A stretch of DNA of 62,915 bases, filler included, from Octopus bimaculoides (GCF_001194135.2; 7 parts of 7 records of this genome joined end to end with filler, not necessarily neighbours in it); one strand, 5' to 3'. Counted from the whole stretch's first letter, positions 1 through 13,510 are shown. The notes: a model not told the origin generated them from the sequence alone. A program made the numbers and translations.

Positions 1-39
<39 letters not shown>

Positions 40-354
40 ATGTATGTATGTATGTATGTATGTATGTATGTATATATGCATGTATGTATGTATGTATGTA
101 TGTATGTATGCATGCATGTATTTATTTGTGTTTCTGTGTTTGTCCCCCACCTTCACCTGACAACTAACATTGGTGTGTTTACTTTCCCGCAACCTGGCGG
201 TTCGGCAAAAGTGACCGATAGAATAAATTCTACGCTTACAATGAATAAGTCCTGGCGTCGATCTGGTCGACTAAAGGCGGTGTTCTAGCATGGACTCACG
301 GAGATCATTGAAACAAGTAAAAGAATAAAGGAAGAATATGTATGTATGTATGTA

Positions 355-600
355 TATATATAGTTGAAATTTACAAAAAAACAAAAGATGAAGACAGGTG
401 TATAAACAAGATGTATTAGTTTGGCGCTCGGAAAGGTGAGAAAGTCTTTTAGGTTTCGAGCCTACGCTCTTCAAAAGAAAGAAACACGAGGAAATAAACA
501 GAGAAAAAAAAAATCTTGTGGGTTTAGCGGTCGATCATGGCGACTGTTTGGCAAAGGTAGTGGGTCAGGAGAGCTAGGAAGAAGAGGAAATAGTAAATTA
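355..600 (-). mobile_element. Penelope-like pseudo-LTR remnant with a minimal hammerhead core
   Basis: Minus strand tcttt-tgaagag-cgtaggctc-gaaac-cta-aaaga at 445-478, followed by a TATA/microsatellite end. Confidence 0.65.
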
Positions 601-657
601 CTTGTCATCCCAAAACGTACATATATGTACGTATGTATGTATAAATATGTCTTTATG

Positions 658-694
<37 letters not shown>

Positions 695-699
695 GCTGG

Positions 700-1030
700 A
701 TGTAGAGGATTTGTAGGACACAGTGTGAGACGATTGCAGTTATCGTTAGACCTAACTCATCGTAAGGTGAATACCACCATGACCGATAACCAAAATACAG
801 TGGAGAAGGCTAGCCACTGGATTTGGTTAAAAAGAGACGATGAGCGATGGCTAGAGAAATATTGAGCTTTGTTTTAATAATCAGTTGATCTAGCAAGCGG
901 GGCCTCATATCAGTGAGGGGGGCCGGTGCGCATTGATGCCGTCGAGAGGTAGGCCCCGAAACGGCGCGCATTCTCTCCTGATGACCCCATACACTTGCTG
1001 GCTTCCGGTATGCGGAGTTATTGACTGGTA
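700..1030 (+). mobile_element. 3' end of an RLE-type non-LTR retrotransposon (HERO/R2-superfamily-like)
   Basis: ...TVEKASHWIWLKRDDERW* resembles the 'AEKASRWLWxKR...W' C-terminus of such elements. A GC-rich structured 3' UTR follows. Confidence 0.6.
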
Positions 1031-1131
1031 GCACTTGCATGTGCGAGTTGTTTGCAAGACATATATTTATGTATTTATGTAAATATATATATATGTATAC
1101 ATATATTTATATATATGTATATATATGTATG

Positions 1132-1162
<31 letters not shown>

Positions 1163-3456
1163 NNNNNNNNNNNNNNNNNNNNNNNNNNNNNNNNNNNNNN
1201 NNNNNNNNNNNNNNNNNNNNNNNNNNNNNNNNNNNNNNNNNNNNNNNNNNNNNNNNNNNNNNNNNNNNNNNNNNNNNNNNNNNNNNNNNNNNNNNNNNNN
1301 NNNNNNNNNNNNNNNNNNNNNNNNNNNNNNNNNNNNNNNNNNNNNNNNNNNNNNNNNNNNNNNNNNNNNNNTATATATATATATATATATATATTGATAT
1401 ATGTGGATACGTATATACATACATACAAACATATATATACACACACATACACACACAAGGGTACGTACATACACAAAACTCTGAGGTTTTACAGAGATAG
1501 ACATAATGCTCCAGAAATTGAGAATAGGGAGACATTCGTCACAAAAGTGCTTGTAGTTAGAGATCTTAATCAAAATGAAACAGTATTATGTATTAATACG
1601 TACCAAGGATATGTCATTCTATCGATGTTTATATAAAAGAAAAGTTACTGGTGGAACTTCTAAAATATATTGAATAATACAGAACGCTGTGTGGAATACA
1701 TAAGGAACGTTCAAAATGTATATTGTATATGTGCATTTCAAATGTGTATATTTCAGCAGAACACATGAATAATATAATTCATTTTATGTAAAAATAAATT
1801 CATATTAATCACGGGAAATATATGCAGTGAATGTTTAATGAAATATTTATATATCTCGACTTATATATGTTACATCGTAACACTCCATGTATAGGAGTGT
1901 GTTTCGTTATGATATTTTCAAAAACACCGGATACTATCATATGCTTACGGAATGCACACTTTAGACAAAATATTCAACTTGTGGCAAATGAACTTTGATG
2001 CGAATCAAACCTGGCAATTGATGATAAACTGTAATAGGTATCTATCAAATATATGTAATGGATATCATGTTGAAGCATTCATCACATATTAGTTTCAGCT
2101 TTCATGTGTAGTCAGTGGAATAAATTATAACAATATCTCGTAAAGTGTATATACTTCGTTTTAACTAGTATTAAGTATATGGGAACACATTCAGTACATG
2201 CTATACTTTATCTGAGGCAGCACGTTATGTATTCGGATACAGTCTATTAGAATTAAAATCATGCACACGACACTCACACATTGACACACATATATATATG
2301 TTCCTATATACACACACTGGCACACATATATATATATATATGTACCTACATACACACTCTGACACACACATATATACATGTACCTATATACACATACTGA
2401 CATACATATATATGTACCTACACATACACATACACACACACATACACACACCCACATACCCATACACATACACACACATATATATTTACATACACATATA
2501 TTTATGTGTGACTGTGTGTAAATGCGCGGATGCGTTTGTTTATCTACATGCATATATGTGTGTTTGTGTGTGTGTGTGTGTGAGTGTGTTTGCGTGTGCC
2601 TGCGCGTGCGTGTGTGTGTGTGTGCATACAAAGAGAAAGTGCGGAATTGTTACATGCCCATATTTATGTAACTATTCATCAGAGATAGACATAGACATAC
2701 AGTTTTATTATATCTCTGAGCATGTGAGAATATATGTTCGTATACATGAATGTGTGTGTGTGAGCGTTTGTTGTGAGCGAGTATGTGTATGTACATGTAG
2801 GTGTTTATTGCATATGTATTTATAAATGCCTTTCCGAAAGAATTTTCCACATATTTTATACGTTAACATATATTTGTTTTAATGTATAAACCCATTAATT
2901 TAAATTTTATATACCTCCTTTTAAAAGGGTTTTCAAAATTTGTTTATACGATAGTGAAACTGTTTGTTTTTGCACTAAAGTGCAATATATTGAAGCCATA
3001 AATTCTAGCTAGCTATCCGATTCTTTAATGCTGGTTGATGTATATACTCTGTATAAACATATTTAACATTTCTATTGTTAAAGTGGATAGACTAACAGGA
3101 ATAGCGATCTACGTCATAATATAACTTGCATTAAGCCAAAAACTTAATCTTTAATTCTCGCTCTTCTTCTAACTGCAGTTATGCACCACATGACATTATA
3201 CTTAGCTACTGTTATTAATGGGAGCACGCTAGCTATGATGATTTATTAATTGGCTTACAGTGTTCTGCCAAGATTATTCCGTTGCAAACCCTTGAGGGAA
3301 TATGCTGGAATAGTATCGCACTGCAGATTTCGTCGATGCAATAAAATAAGAAATAATGTGTACTGACTCAAGCAACAAAGTTCAATCTAAAGTAAACAAT
3401 AGGATATCCATCAAATATGTTTACCTTATAACATTGTTCAATAAATATATACGCCC

Positions 3457-3511
<55 letters not shown>

Positions 3512-3588
3512 TATGTATGTGTGTATGTATGTATTTATGCATGCATGTGTGTATGCATATAGATTGATAGATAGATAGATAGACAGAC

Positions 3589-3642
<54 letters not shown>

Positions 3643-3989
3643 GAATGGAATTGTTAGATAAGGGAACAAGAATTATGGAATCAATTTCATTAACACAGAG
3701 CTATTAGTTCATGAGCCACGTCAGCTAGCGGCACCATCCAATGTGAATACACCTAAGTGGTATTAAAATGTTTATAGGGTCACCATGAGTGTAAAAAAAA
3801 TGTGATAGCTCTTTCAGCGAGGTAGTTTTGTTCATTTTTTACAGATATGTGAAATTTCATCAATACTCATACTGAAGTACTTCTGCGCATGATCACTACA
3901 ACACATATGACATCGTTCACACATCTAACATAAATTAGAATGACCTGAACAAGCTCGTCGTATACCCAGACAGTCTTTCTATGGATGTC

Positions 3990-4310
3990 ATTGTCAAAAA
4001 ACACCACAGACTGGTTCAGAAGCTGTAAGAATTAAATACAATTCTGTCTGGGTATTCTCTAGCCAAAGCAGCAGTGCAGCTAAGACAACAGATACTGAAA
4101 CAAGATATCAGTCAATCGTGACCATTAAGCGCCGAGCAAAATATCATTTCCAACACTGTTACCAAATTTCTCTATTCTTTGCTGACTGGGGAAAACAAGT
4201 GTACAAGTTCTCTAGAAAAGGTCAAGCGTCTTGCTATTTCTTTTGGAAGTGACCTGGTGTTTGCTGTTACATGTGACAAAATAAAGCTGAGGACACTGGT
4301 GTTCTGATTT
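3990..4310 (+). mobile_element. Decayed transposase-like ORF (unclassified DNA transposon)
   Basis: LAKAAVQLRQQIL...S*P...FLYSLLTG...KVKRLAISFGSDLVFAVT is in one frame with an in-frame TGA. I recognise the motif from invertebrate transposon-derived proteins. Confidence 0.55.
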
Positions 4311-4445
4311 TGTGCCTGGGATTCTGCAGCAAAATCCCGTGCTGCCTGTACCAGGTACATATGAATAAAAGAGTACATGTATATTGAGTGTGTACAGCAG
4401 ATTATTAGTAACGCTATGCCTAAGCGAAACCATATATATATATTG

Positions 4446-5132
4446 TGTGTGTTATGATAATTTATAGGATATAATCTTATATAAACCCAACTAACAATTA
4501 AAGATGGAGAAGAGAAGATGTTAAAAGTTTTACAAAATTTTGATCTATGCGTACGATCGTTTGAAATGATAACACCATCAACATATAAAAAAACATGAAA
4601 AAAAAATTAATTATAATTATAATTAAATTAATTTAATAACGTATTTCCATTCTCCTCAGTGCAAAAAAAAAATGGAGAAAACATCAGGAAAGTTAGTAAC
4701 AGAAGAATATTACAGGAGGCCACATTGAGTCTGTGTCGCATAACTCAATCGGATATTCATAAATTGATTGTGAAAGATGAAATATAACCTAACAATGTTC
4801 TTATATTTCACCTTTCACAATCAATTTATGAATATCCGATTGAGTAATGCGACACGGACTCAATGTGGTCTTCTGTAATATTCTTCTGTTACTGACTTTC
4901 CTCATGTTTCTCCATCTTTTGCACTGAGGAGAATGGTAATACGTAATTAAACTAAATTAATTTAATTATAATTATAATTAATTTAATTTTTCCATGTTTC
5001 TTACATATTGGTGTTATCATTTGAAACGATCGTATGCATGGATTAAACTTTTCTAAAACATTTAACATCTCCTCTACTCCAACTTTAATTGTGTTTATAT
5101 AGGATTATATCCTATAAATGCTCATAACACAC
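4446..5132. repeat. Long foldback palindrome (~340-bp arms, ~12-nt loop)
   Basis: 4446-4788 is the reverse complement of 4801-5132 with scattered mismatches and indels. Confidence 0.95.
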
Positions 5133-5471
5133 TTTATACTTGTTAAATTGTCATATTTTTTAATGAATACTTACGTTAGTAAGCTACAATTTTAATATGA
5201 AATCTAACTTTGGACACCCCAAAGCAAAAATGGTCTAATTGAACTCAACCTTTTCTCATGTATNNNNNNNNNNNNNNNNNNNNNNNNNNNNNNNNNNNNN
5301 NNNNNNNTTAATTAATTAANNNNNNNNNNNNNNNNNNNNNNNNNNNNNNNNNNNNNNNNNNNNTATATATATATATGTATATATATATGTATATATATAT
5401 GTATATATATATGTATATATATATGTATATATATATGTATATATATATGTATATATATATATGTATGTATG

Positions 5472-5720
5472 CATGTATGTTTTTATTCTTTTAATTGTTT
5501 CAGTCATTTGGCTGCGGCCATGATGGAGCACCGCCTCAAGGGGTTTTAGTCGAGAAAATCGACCCCAGGACTTATTCTTGTCGGCCTAGAACTTATTCTA
5601 ACGTTGTCTTTTGCCGAACCCTTAGGTTACGGAACATAAACACGCCAACATCGGTTGTCAAGCGATGGCGAAGGGGTCAAACACTGACACAAAGACACAC
5701 AGATAAATAAATACACATAC
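5472..5720 (-). mobile_element. SINE family A, 3' half
   Basis: Matches the 3' half of the copy at 61825-62230. Confidence 0.85.
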
Positions 5721-5906
5721 ACACACACAATATATATGTATATATATATATATATATATATAAATTAATGTACACTCTATAATACGTTCTACCAATAGTT
5801 TCCAGCTTGGAGACACATGATTAGGCATCTTTTTGATAACACTCATTGTGTCACCGAAGGAAGAAACTGTTTGCAATTCGTATCTTTATGCTGCCTACAT
5901 TAAATA

Positions 5907-5964
<58 letters not shown>

Positions 5965-6551
5965 NNNNNNNNNNNNNNNNNNNNNNNNNNNNNNNNNNNN
6001 NNNNNNNNNNNNNNNNNNNNNNNNNNNNNNNNNNNNNNNNNNNNNNNNNNNNNNNNNNNNNNNNNNNNNNNNNNNNNNNNNNNNNNNNNNNNNNNNNNNN
6101 NNNNNNNNNNNNNNNNNNNNNNNNNNNNNNNNNNNNNNNNNNNNNNNNNNNNNNNNNNNNNNNNNNNNNNNNNNNNNNNNNNNNNNNNNNNNNNNNNNNN
6201 NNNNNNNNNNNNNNNNNNNNNNNNNNNNNNNNNNNNNNNNNNNNNNNNNNNNNNNNNNNNNNNNNNNNNNNNNNNNNNNNNNNNNNNNNNNNNNNNNNNN
6301 NNNNNNNNNNNNNNNNNNNNNNNNNNNNNNNNNNNNNNNNNNNNNNNNNNNNNNNNNNNNNNNNNNNNNNNNNNNNNNNNNNNNNNNNNNNNNNNNNNNN
6401 NNNNNNNNNNNNNNNNNNNNNNNNNNNNNNNNNNNNNNNNNNNNNNNNNNNNNNNNNNNNNNNNNNNNNNNNNNNNNNNNNNNNNNNNNNNNNNNNNNNN
6501 NNNNNNNNNNNNNNNNNNNNNNNNNNNNNNNNNNNNNNNNNNNNNNNNNNN

Positions 6552-6622
<71 letters not shown>

Positions 6623-6892
6623 ATGTGTGTGTGTCTGTGTGCGTATGGTCTGTGCGTGCATGTGTGTGTATATCTATATATGTATACATATATGTCTACA
6701 TACATTCACACACACACATACATATATATATTAAGCGTGACATTCTATAGTAGACTAATTTAGACATCGGGTCAGCATGTGAAAACGAGGATAAATCACT
6801 TCACAATCTTCAACGCTGTAGGACAGTGAGACTGTGTAAACGGTAACGGAAAGGCCATGTGCTTTATGTATCTATCGAAAATGTACAACAGC

Positions 6893-6931
<39 letters not shown>

Positions 6932-7082
6932 CAATGTTAATTCTCTAAATGAAGTATTAACAGTAACTGCACGATAAAGTGTAGTATATTGCCACTTAAG
7001 TGTGGCTGACCCCTAGGGGTGGATGTTACTGTTGCTTTTAGACCCAGGAGGACATCTCCTCCAGCTGGCTTATCGACACACG

Positions 7083-7181
7083 ACTGTGTCCTGTTTGCCA
7101 AGGGAAGTTATCCCTCTCACCTCGATCTGCAGCACGAACGTATCCGGATTTCAGGGTTTCCCTTGGCAAACAGGACACAGT
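7083..7181. repeat. Perfect 24-bp inverted repeat with a 51-nt spacer
   Basis: actgtgtcctgtttgccaagggaa / ttcccttggcaaacaggacacagt. Confidence 0.95.
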
Positions 7182-7281
7182 NNNNNNNNNNNNNNNNNNN
7201 NNNNNNNNNNNNNNNNNNNNNNNNNTTAATTAATTAANNNNNNNNNNNNNNNNNNNNNNNNNNNNNNNNNNNNNNNNNNNN

Positions 7282-7326
<45 letters not shown>

Positions 7327-9370
7327 TATGAAACGTAATAACCACGCCCCCATTACATTCGGTTTGGTTTTGAAACTCACATAGAAATAGACTTAAAATA
7401 GTCACTGATTCATTGTGAAAAATCGACAGACAAACATGACTGAGCACCTAATTTTCCTTTACGACCATCTGTCTGTATGTCCTGTCTCCTCTGTCAGTCT
7501 ATTTATCTCTTTTATGTTTGCCTTATGCTGTACAATCCAAATTTAGGCTATGCATTCTGGTATGTGTAGAAGTATTTGTGTGTACATGTGTGGTTGAATA
7601 TGTATGATTCAGTTAAATCTGGAATTAAAATTATACTTTTGAATGATGCATGTATATATATGATTTGTAATTAGCACATGGTTCCGGGTTCAGTACCACT
7701 GCTTGGCGCCTTGGGCAAGTGTCTTCTACTATAGCGTCGGGCCGACCAAATCCTTCGGGTGAATTTGGTAGATGGAAACTGAAAGAATCCCGTCGTATAT
7801 ATATATATNNNNNNNNNNNNNNNNNNNNNNNNNNNNNNNNNNNNNNNNNNNNNNNNNNNNNNNNNNNNNNNNNNNNNNNNNNNNNNNNNNNNNNNNNNNN
7901 NNNNNNNNTTGTCAAGCGATGTTGGGGGGACAAACATAGACACACAAACATACACACATATATACATATACATATATACACATATATACGACGGGCTTCT
8001 TTCAGTTTCCGTCTACCAAACCCACTCACAAGGCTTTTTGCTAAGCCGGAGCTTCTTGTGACATGACTTTACCATTTCATTGTCCCTGTCTTTGTACGAG
8101 CATCTCAACTCCATAGCACTTACCTTTCTGTTTTTTTTTTCTAGTTCCGCTGTCACTCTCCAAGCCTCTCAGACGTTTTTAGGTTAATCCTACAGATGAT
8201 AAAATTATTTTTGCAGTAAAATCACACCATACAGGAAGTTAATAAAATTTCAATGACATTTTTTATCAGCTACAGATATGTGGTGATGAAACAGAAATGT
8301 TTAGCTATATCTTGGGGATTAAAGGGATTAACTAATATAAAGGAATTAATCTAATATTCATGTCTATATATATGTGTATATATGTTCGTATGTATGTATA
8401 TGTTTGTGTGTATATACATGTGTTTTCCTAGTGGTTTATGAAAATTCGTTCATACAATTAAAATTCTTTAAATTGACATATATAACTGCAAATATACATG
8501 TATATATATATATATATATNNNNNNNNNNNNNNNNNNNNNNNNNNNNNNNNNNNNNNNNNNNNNNNNNNNNNNNNNNNNNNNNNNNNNNNNNNNNNNNNN
8601 NNNNNNNNNNNNNNNNNNNNNNNNNNNNNNNNNNNNNNNNNNNNNNNNNNNNNNNNNNNNNNNNNNNNNNNNNNNNNNNNNNNNNNNNNNNNNNNNNNNN
8701 NNNNNNNNNNNNNNNNNNNNNNNNNNNNNNNNNNNNNNNNNNNNNNNNNNNNNNNNNNNNNNNNNNNNNNNNNNNNNNNNNNNNNNNNNNNNNNNNNNNN
8801 NNNNNNNNNNNNNNNNNNNNNNNNNNNNNNNNNNNNNNNNNNNNNNNNNNNNNNNNNNNNNNNNNNNNNNNNNNNNNNNNNNNNNNNNNNNNNNNNNNNN
8901 NNNNNNNNNNNNNNNNNNNNNNNNNNNNNNNNNNNNNNNNNNNNNNNNNNNNNNNNNNNNNNNNNNNNNNNNNNNNNNNNNNNNNNNNNNNNNNNNNNNN
9001 NNNNNNNNNNNNNNNNNNNNNNNNNNNNNNNNNNNNNNNNNNNNNNNNNNNNNNNNNNNNNNNNNNNNNNNNNNNNNNNNNNNNNNNNNNNNNNNNNNNN
9101 NNNNNNNNNNNNNNNNNNNNNNNNNNNNNNNNNNNNNNNNNNNNNNNNNNNNNNNNNNNNNNNNNNNNNNNNNNNNNNNNNNNNNNNNNNNNNNNNNNNN
9201 NNNNNNNNNNNNNNNNNNNNNNNNNNNNNNNNNNNNNNNNNNNNNNNNNTATATATATATATAATGTATCTATGCCTGTATGTATGCATATATATACATG
9301 TATACATTTATACCCACGTACATACATATATATACACACATACATACACATACAAACACCCACCCACACA

Positions 9371-9402
<32 letters not shown>

Positions 9403-9495
9403 TACACACACATACATTTTTACATGCATATGTGTATATGTTTCTCTGCGAGTTTCTAAGCGTGTATATGTGTATGTGGCATGTATGTGTAAGTG

Positions 9496-9539
<44 letters not shown>

Positions 9540-9571
9540 TGTGAGTGTGTGTGTGTGTGTGTGTGCTTGTG

Positions 9572-9603
<32 letters not shown>

Positions 9604-9657
9604 CAAGTACCTGCAAACTCACAAAAAAGAACCCCTTTCCTCACACACACGAACGAG

Positions 9658-9689
<32 letters not shown>

Positions 9690-10297
9690 AACACAATGTA
9701 TGTGTATGCATTGTGAAGAGCTTCGTCATAGTTTCCGTCTCACAAGTTTTGCACACAAGAGTTTGACAGACCAGACGCTGGAGAGGAAACAATAATAAAT
9801 ATATATTTGAAAGCGTTGTGTAACCGGAAGAAACTCGGGCGTGAATAGTTGTTAAATTAAACTCTTGACCACAGGCACTCCCTATCTAAATATTTCCCCT
9901 TGAGTATGCATCTGTGCGCACATATATCTGTTTGTGTTTGTGTGTGTGTGTGTGAAGTGCATCGTAGCTGTTTAGCACTTGGGTAGCACGTATAGTGGCA
10001 AAACTAGCTTTTATCTTTTACTTGTTTCCGTCATAAGACTGTGACTATGTTGAAGGCACTTCTTTGATGCGTTGTATTAGAATGAACAGACCCCAGTGCT
10101 TAGTTATTTTTGTCGAAGTCCAGCGCTTATTCTATCGGCGTCTTTTGCTGAGCCGCGAAATAACGGGACCTAAACGAAACAACACAAGTTAACAAGCAGT
10201 GGGATGACAAATACAAACACACGTAATCTATAAAGTTATAAATGTCGGGAGAAATAGTATGATAAAATTTATTTGCCCATCAGAAATTTGTACATCA

Positions 10298-10760
10298 TAA
10301 GGCGGTGATCTGGCAGAAACGTTAGCACGCCGGGCGAAATGCTTAGCGGTATTTCGTCTGCCGCTACGTTCTGAGTTCAAATTCCGCCGAGGTTGACTTT
10401 GCCTTTCATCCTTTCGGGGTCGATTAAATAAGTACCAGTTACGCACTGGGGTCGATATAATCGACTTAATCTGTTTGTCTGTCCTTGTTTGTCCCCTCTA
10501 TGTTTTGCCTCTTGTGGGCAATAAAGAAATAAGAAACGTTGGCACGCCGGGCGAAATGCTTAGCGGTATTTCGTCTGCCGCTACATTCTGAGTTCAAATT
10601 CCGCCGAGGTTGACTCTGCCTTTCATCCCTTCGGGGTTGATTAAATAAGTACCAGTTACGCACTGGGGTTGATATAATCGACTTAGTCCGTTTGACTGTC
10701 CTTGTTTGTCCCCTCTGTGTCTAGCCACTTGTGGGCAGTAAAGAAATAAGAAATTTGAGA
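10298..10760 (+). mobile_element. Head-to-tail dimer of tRNA-derived SINE family B
   Basis: Two near-identical ~230-bp units containing the B-box gagttcaaattcc. Similar single copies occur at 56075 and 59390. Confidence 0.9.
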
Positions 10761-11621
10761 TATTAGAGATGTGATTTGGTTGCTGTTGTTTCAACCGAGG
10801 TCAACTCAAACCGGAAAAATTCAATGATTAAAGATATTCAGTATGAGGGATCTCCTGAAATACATTATGCGATGTACCCTTTATATTTTTATAAAGGGTA
10901 CATTTATAAAATGTTGTCTCAGGGAAATTTGGCTGCTATTTTTATGGGTCTAGTGACCGCATAAGGATTTCTTTCAAAAGTACGAAATGCGTAATGACCT
11001 CACTGCTGTTATATTAATACAGGGTTTGGTACCCTCAGAGGAATAAACTTAAAAATAGCTCCTGATTCACTGTCAGAAATTTTCAGACATTACAGAGCTC
11101 CCTTATTTTCTTTAACGTCTGTGTATGTGTTTGTTTGCCTGTCTGTCTGTTGGTTGGTTGATTGGTCGGTCGGTCGGTCTAAATTTAGACTACAGATACT
11201 TTCTTATGCGTACAGACGTGTCCGTGCTTTTTTGTGTGTCTGTGTGTGTCTGTGGGTATATGTGTGTATTTGTATGTAAATGTAGCTGTATGTAAATGTA
11301 ACTGTGTGTTAATATGCTGCAGTCTTCGAGATCTCGTGGGAGGAAATAGAATACGGTGTCTGTGACGATTCTACATCCTACTGGTGTGTATTAATCCTTA
11401 GTAACCATTCTAACTAGATCTATGTGTGTATCTCTATGTGCACGAGCGTCTGTGTATGTGTGTATGTGAGTGTATGTGTGGCGAAGGAAGTGTATGTATG
11501 GACACAAAGATGACAGTGTCGTTAAGAAATTCCTTTACTTAGCAGTCATAAAACCATAGGTTCAATCCCAATGAGTGAAACATTTGTCATAACAAAAGGT
11601 CTGACCAACGGGTCTCTGGGA

Positions 11622-11688
<67 letters not shown>

Positions 11689-11705
11689 AAGTATGTATGT
11701 ATATC

Positions 11706-11772
<67 letters not shown>

Positions 11773-12105
11773 ATGTGTGTGTGTGTGTGTGTGCATGAAT
11801 GCATGTATATGTGTATGAGTGTGTGACTTTGTATGTGTTTGTTACCCACCACCGCTCGGTAACCGGTGTTGGTCTTCGAAACTTAGAGCTTGGTCAAAAG
11901 AGACCGAAAGAATACGTACCAGCTGTAGAAAAGCTTTAAAATATTGGGGTCAATTTGTTCGACTAAACTCTTGGAGGGGAGGCCGTGCCTCAGCATGGCC
12001 ACAGATGTTACCCGTTGAATGCTGAGGCGCTTCACTGAGTACGATACCCCAGTTGATCAAACGACTGAAGTCTCATACGTCGGAACGACGGTAGGAGAGT
12101 CCATC

Positions 12106-12117
12106 ATCATCATCATC

Positions 12118-12178
<61 letters not shown>

Positions 12179-12206
12179 ACATCATCATCATAATCATCAC
12201 CACGAC

Positions 12207-12268
<62 letters not shown>
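12106..12268. repeat. (ATC/ACC)n trinucleotide microsatellite
   Basis: Seen directly; source of spurious poly-I/M/D ORFs. Confidence 0.95.
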
Positions 12269-13159
12269 CGTACGAATGTGCACGTGTATACGATTTGAAG
12301 TGTAAGTGTATACAGACACACACACACACACGCACGCACGCACGCACGCATACATACACACTCATGTAATGGATCGTATATTTCTTTAATGTAATACATA
12401 TTCATGTGTCCCAGTTTAACTGACTTCTGTATATATATACCTACCTACTTACCTACAACCATACATACACACATACCTACGTTCATAAGAGACAACACAA
12501 TATATATATATATATANNNNNNNNNNNNNNNNNNNNNNNNNNNNNNNNNNNNNNNNNNNNTTAATTAATTAANNNNNNNNNNNNNNNNNNNNNNNNNNNN
12601 NNNNNNNNNNNNNNNNATAAATATTTATATATTCATATATATATATATGTATATATATAAATACACATATATATATATATGTATATATATATGTATATAA
12701 ATATAAATGCAAATATATATGTTTATATATATATATATATATATATAATTGAGATTCACTTCAATTAGGTACTTAAGTTGAAGCACCAAGTCAGTCCGGT
12801 ATTCTCAGCACAGCTCGAACTAAGGTGAATAAAATCAAAATAAGCAACAGGATATCAAGAAGTGCTGCAGTACGACCGTTTCAAGCGGTTCAATTTAATT
12901 AAACAATGCAATCATTACATCAATTTAAATGCAGAGCTTTCATCAACTGCTCTAATAATTAGAATTTTAATCAGTGGAACACATTAAAAGAATTTTTCCA
13001 AAATACTTTAACGGAGCAAGAAGATGGAAGAAATCCATGTTGTCGATGTTGTAACTAAGAATAGACTACACTTCCAAGAAAGGCATGAAGCCCACTGGGA
13101 TCATAGCTTGTAAAGGATTGTGTTTCATTTCTTTTTATTTTTATCAACAACTAAATCTA

Positions 13160-13420
13160 AGACTAGAATACTGTGCCTGTTTGGAATGAAGGGCAAGAGA
13201 GAATTGAAAGCTCAAGACTAGGTATGATCATAAATATTGTCGAGACATTAGTAATTTGGGTATGAAGTAACTGTCTATAAAAGGAGGTTGGATAGAGGAA
13301 GTCCCTCAATCATGATGGTAATAACCAGTTAAAGGGTCAAGACGCTAATAAATCGCATGTTGTTAATGAGGAAATTTTATCATGGGGTACTATGGCTGAT
13401 TGTCTATAAACAAGATTATC
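13160..13420 (+). mobile_element. Decayed CR1/L2-like LINE 3' fragment
   Basis: agactagaatactgtgcctgtttgg resembles the post-RT 'RPxLEYCxxxW' motif. Many stops follow. Confidence 0.4.
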
Positions 13421-13429
13421 ATAACCAAA

Positions 13430-13510
13430 ATAGGTAAAATGCGTATATATAGGTAAAATGTGTATATATAGGTAAAATGTGTATATATAGGTAAAATGTG
13501 TGTATATATA
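13430..13510. repeat. 19-bp minisatellite (ataggtaaaatgtgtatat) x4
   Basis: Seen directly. Confidence 0.9.

Noticed and set aside
5308-5319. TTAATTAATTAA inside N-runs (also 7226, 12561, 16548, 45626, 57004)
   Set aside because: Always centred in a 100-base gap and gives stops in all six frames: an artificial scaffolding linker, not biology.
28-12405. Many long ORFs of YI/HT/CV/poly-I/M/D composition or spanning N-runs (here and throughout the window)
   Set aside because: Translations of di- and tri-nucleotide microsatellites and gaps.
13430-13510. Regular short repeats as a possible CRISPR-like array
   Set aside because: No unique spacers; a simple minisatellite in a eukaryotic genome.
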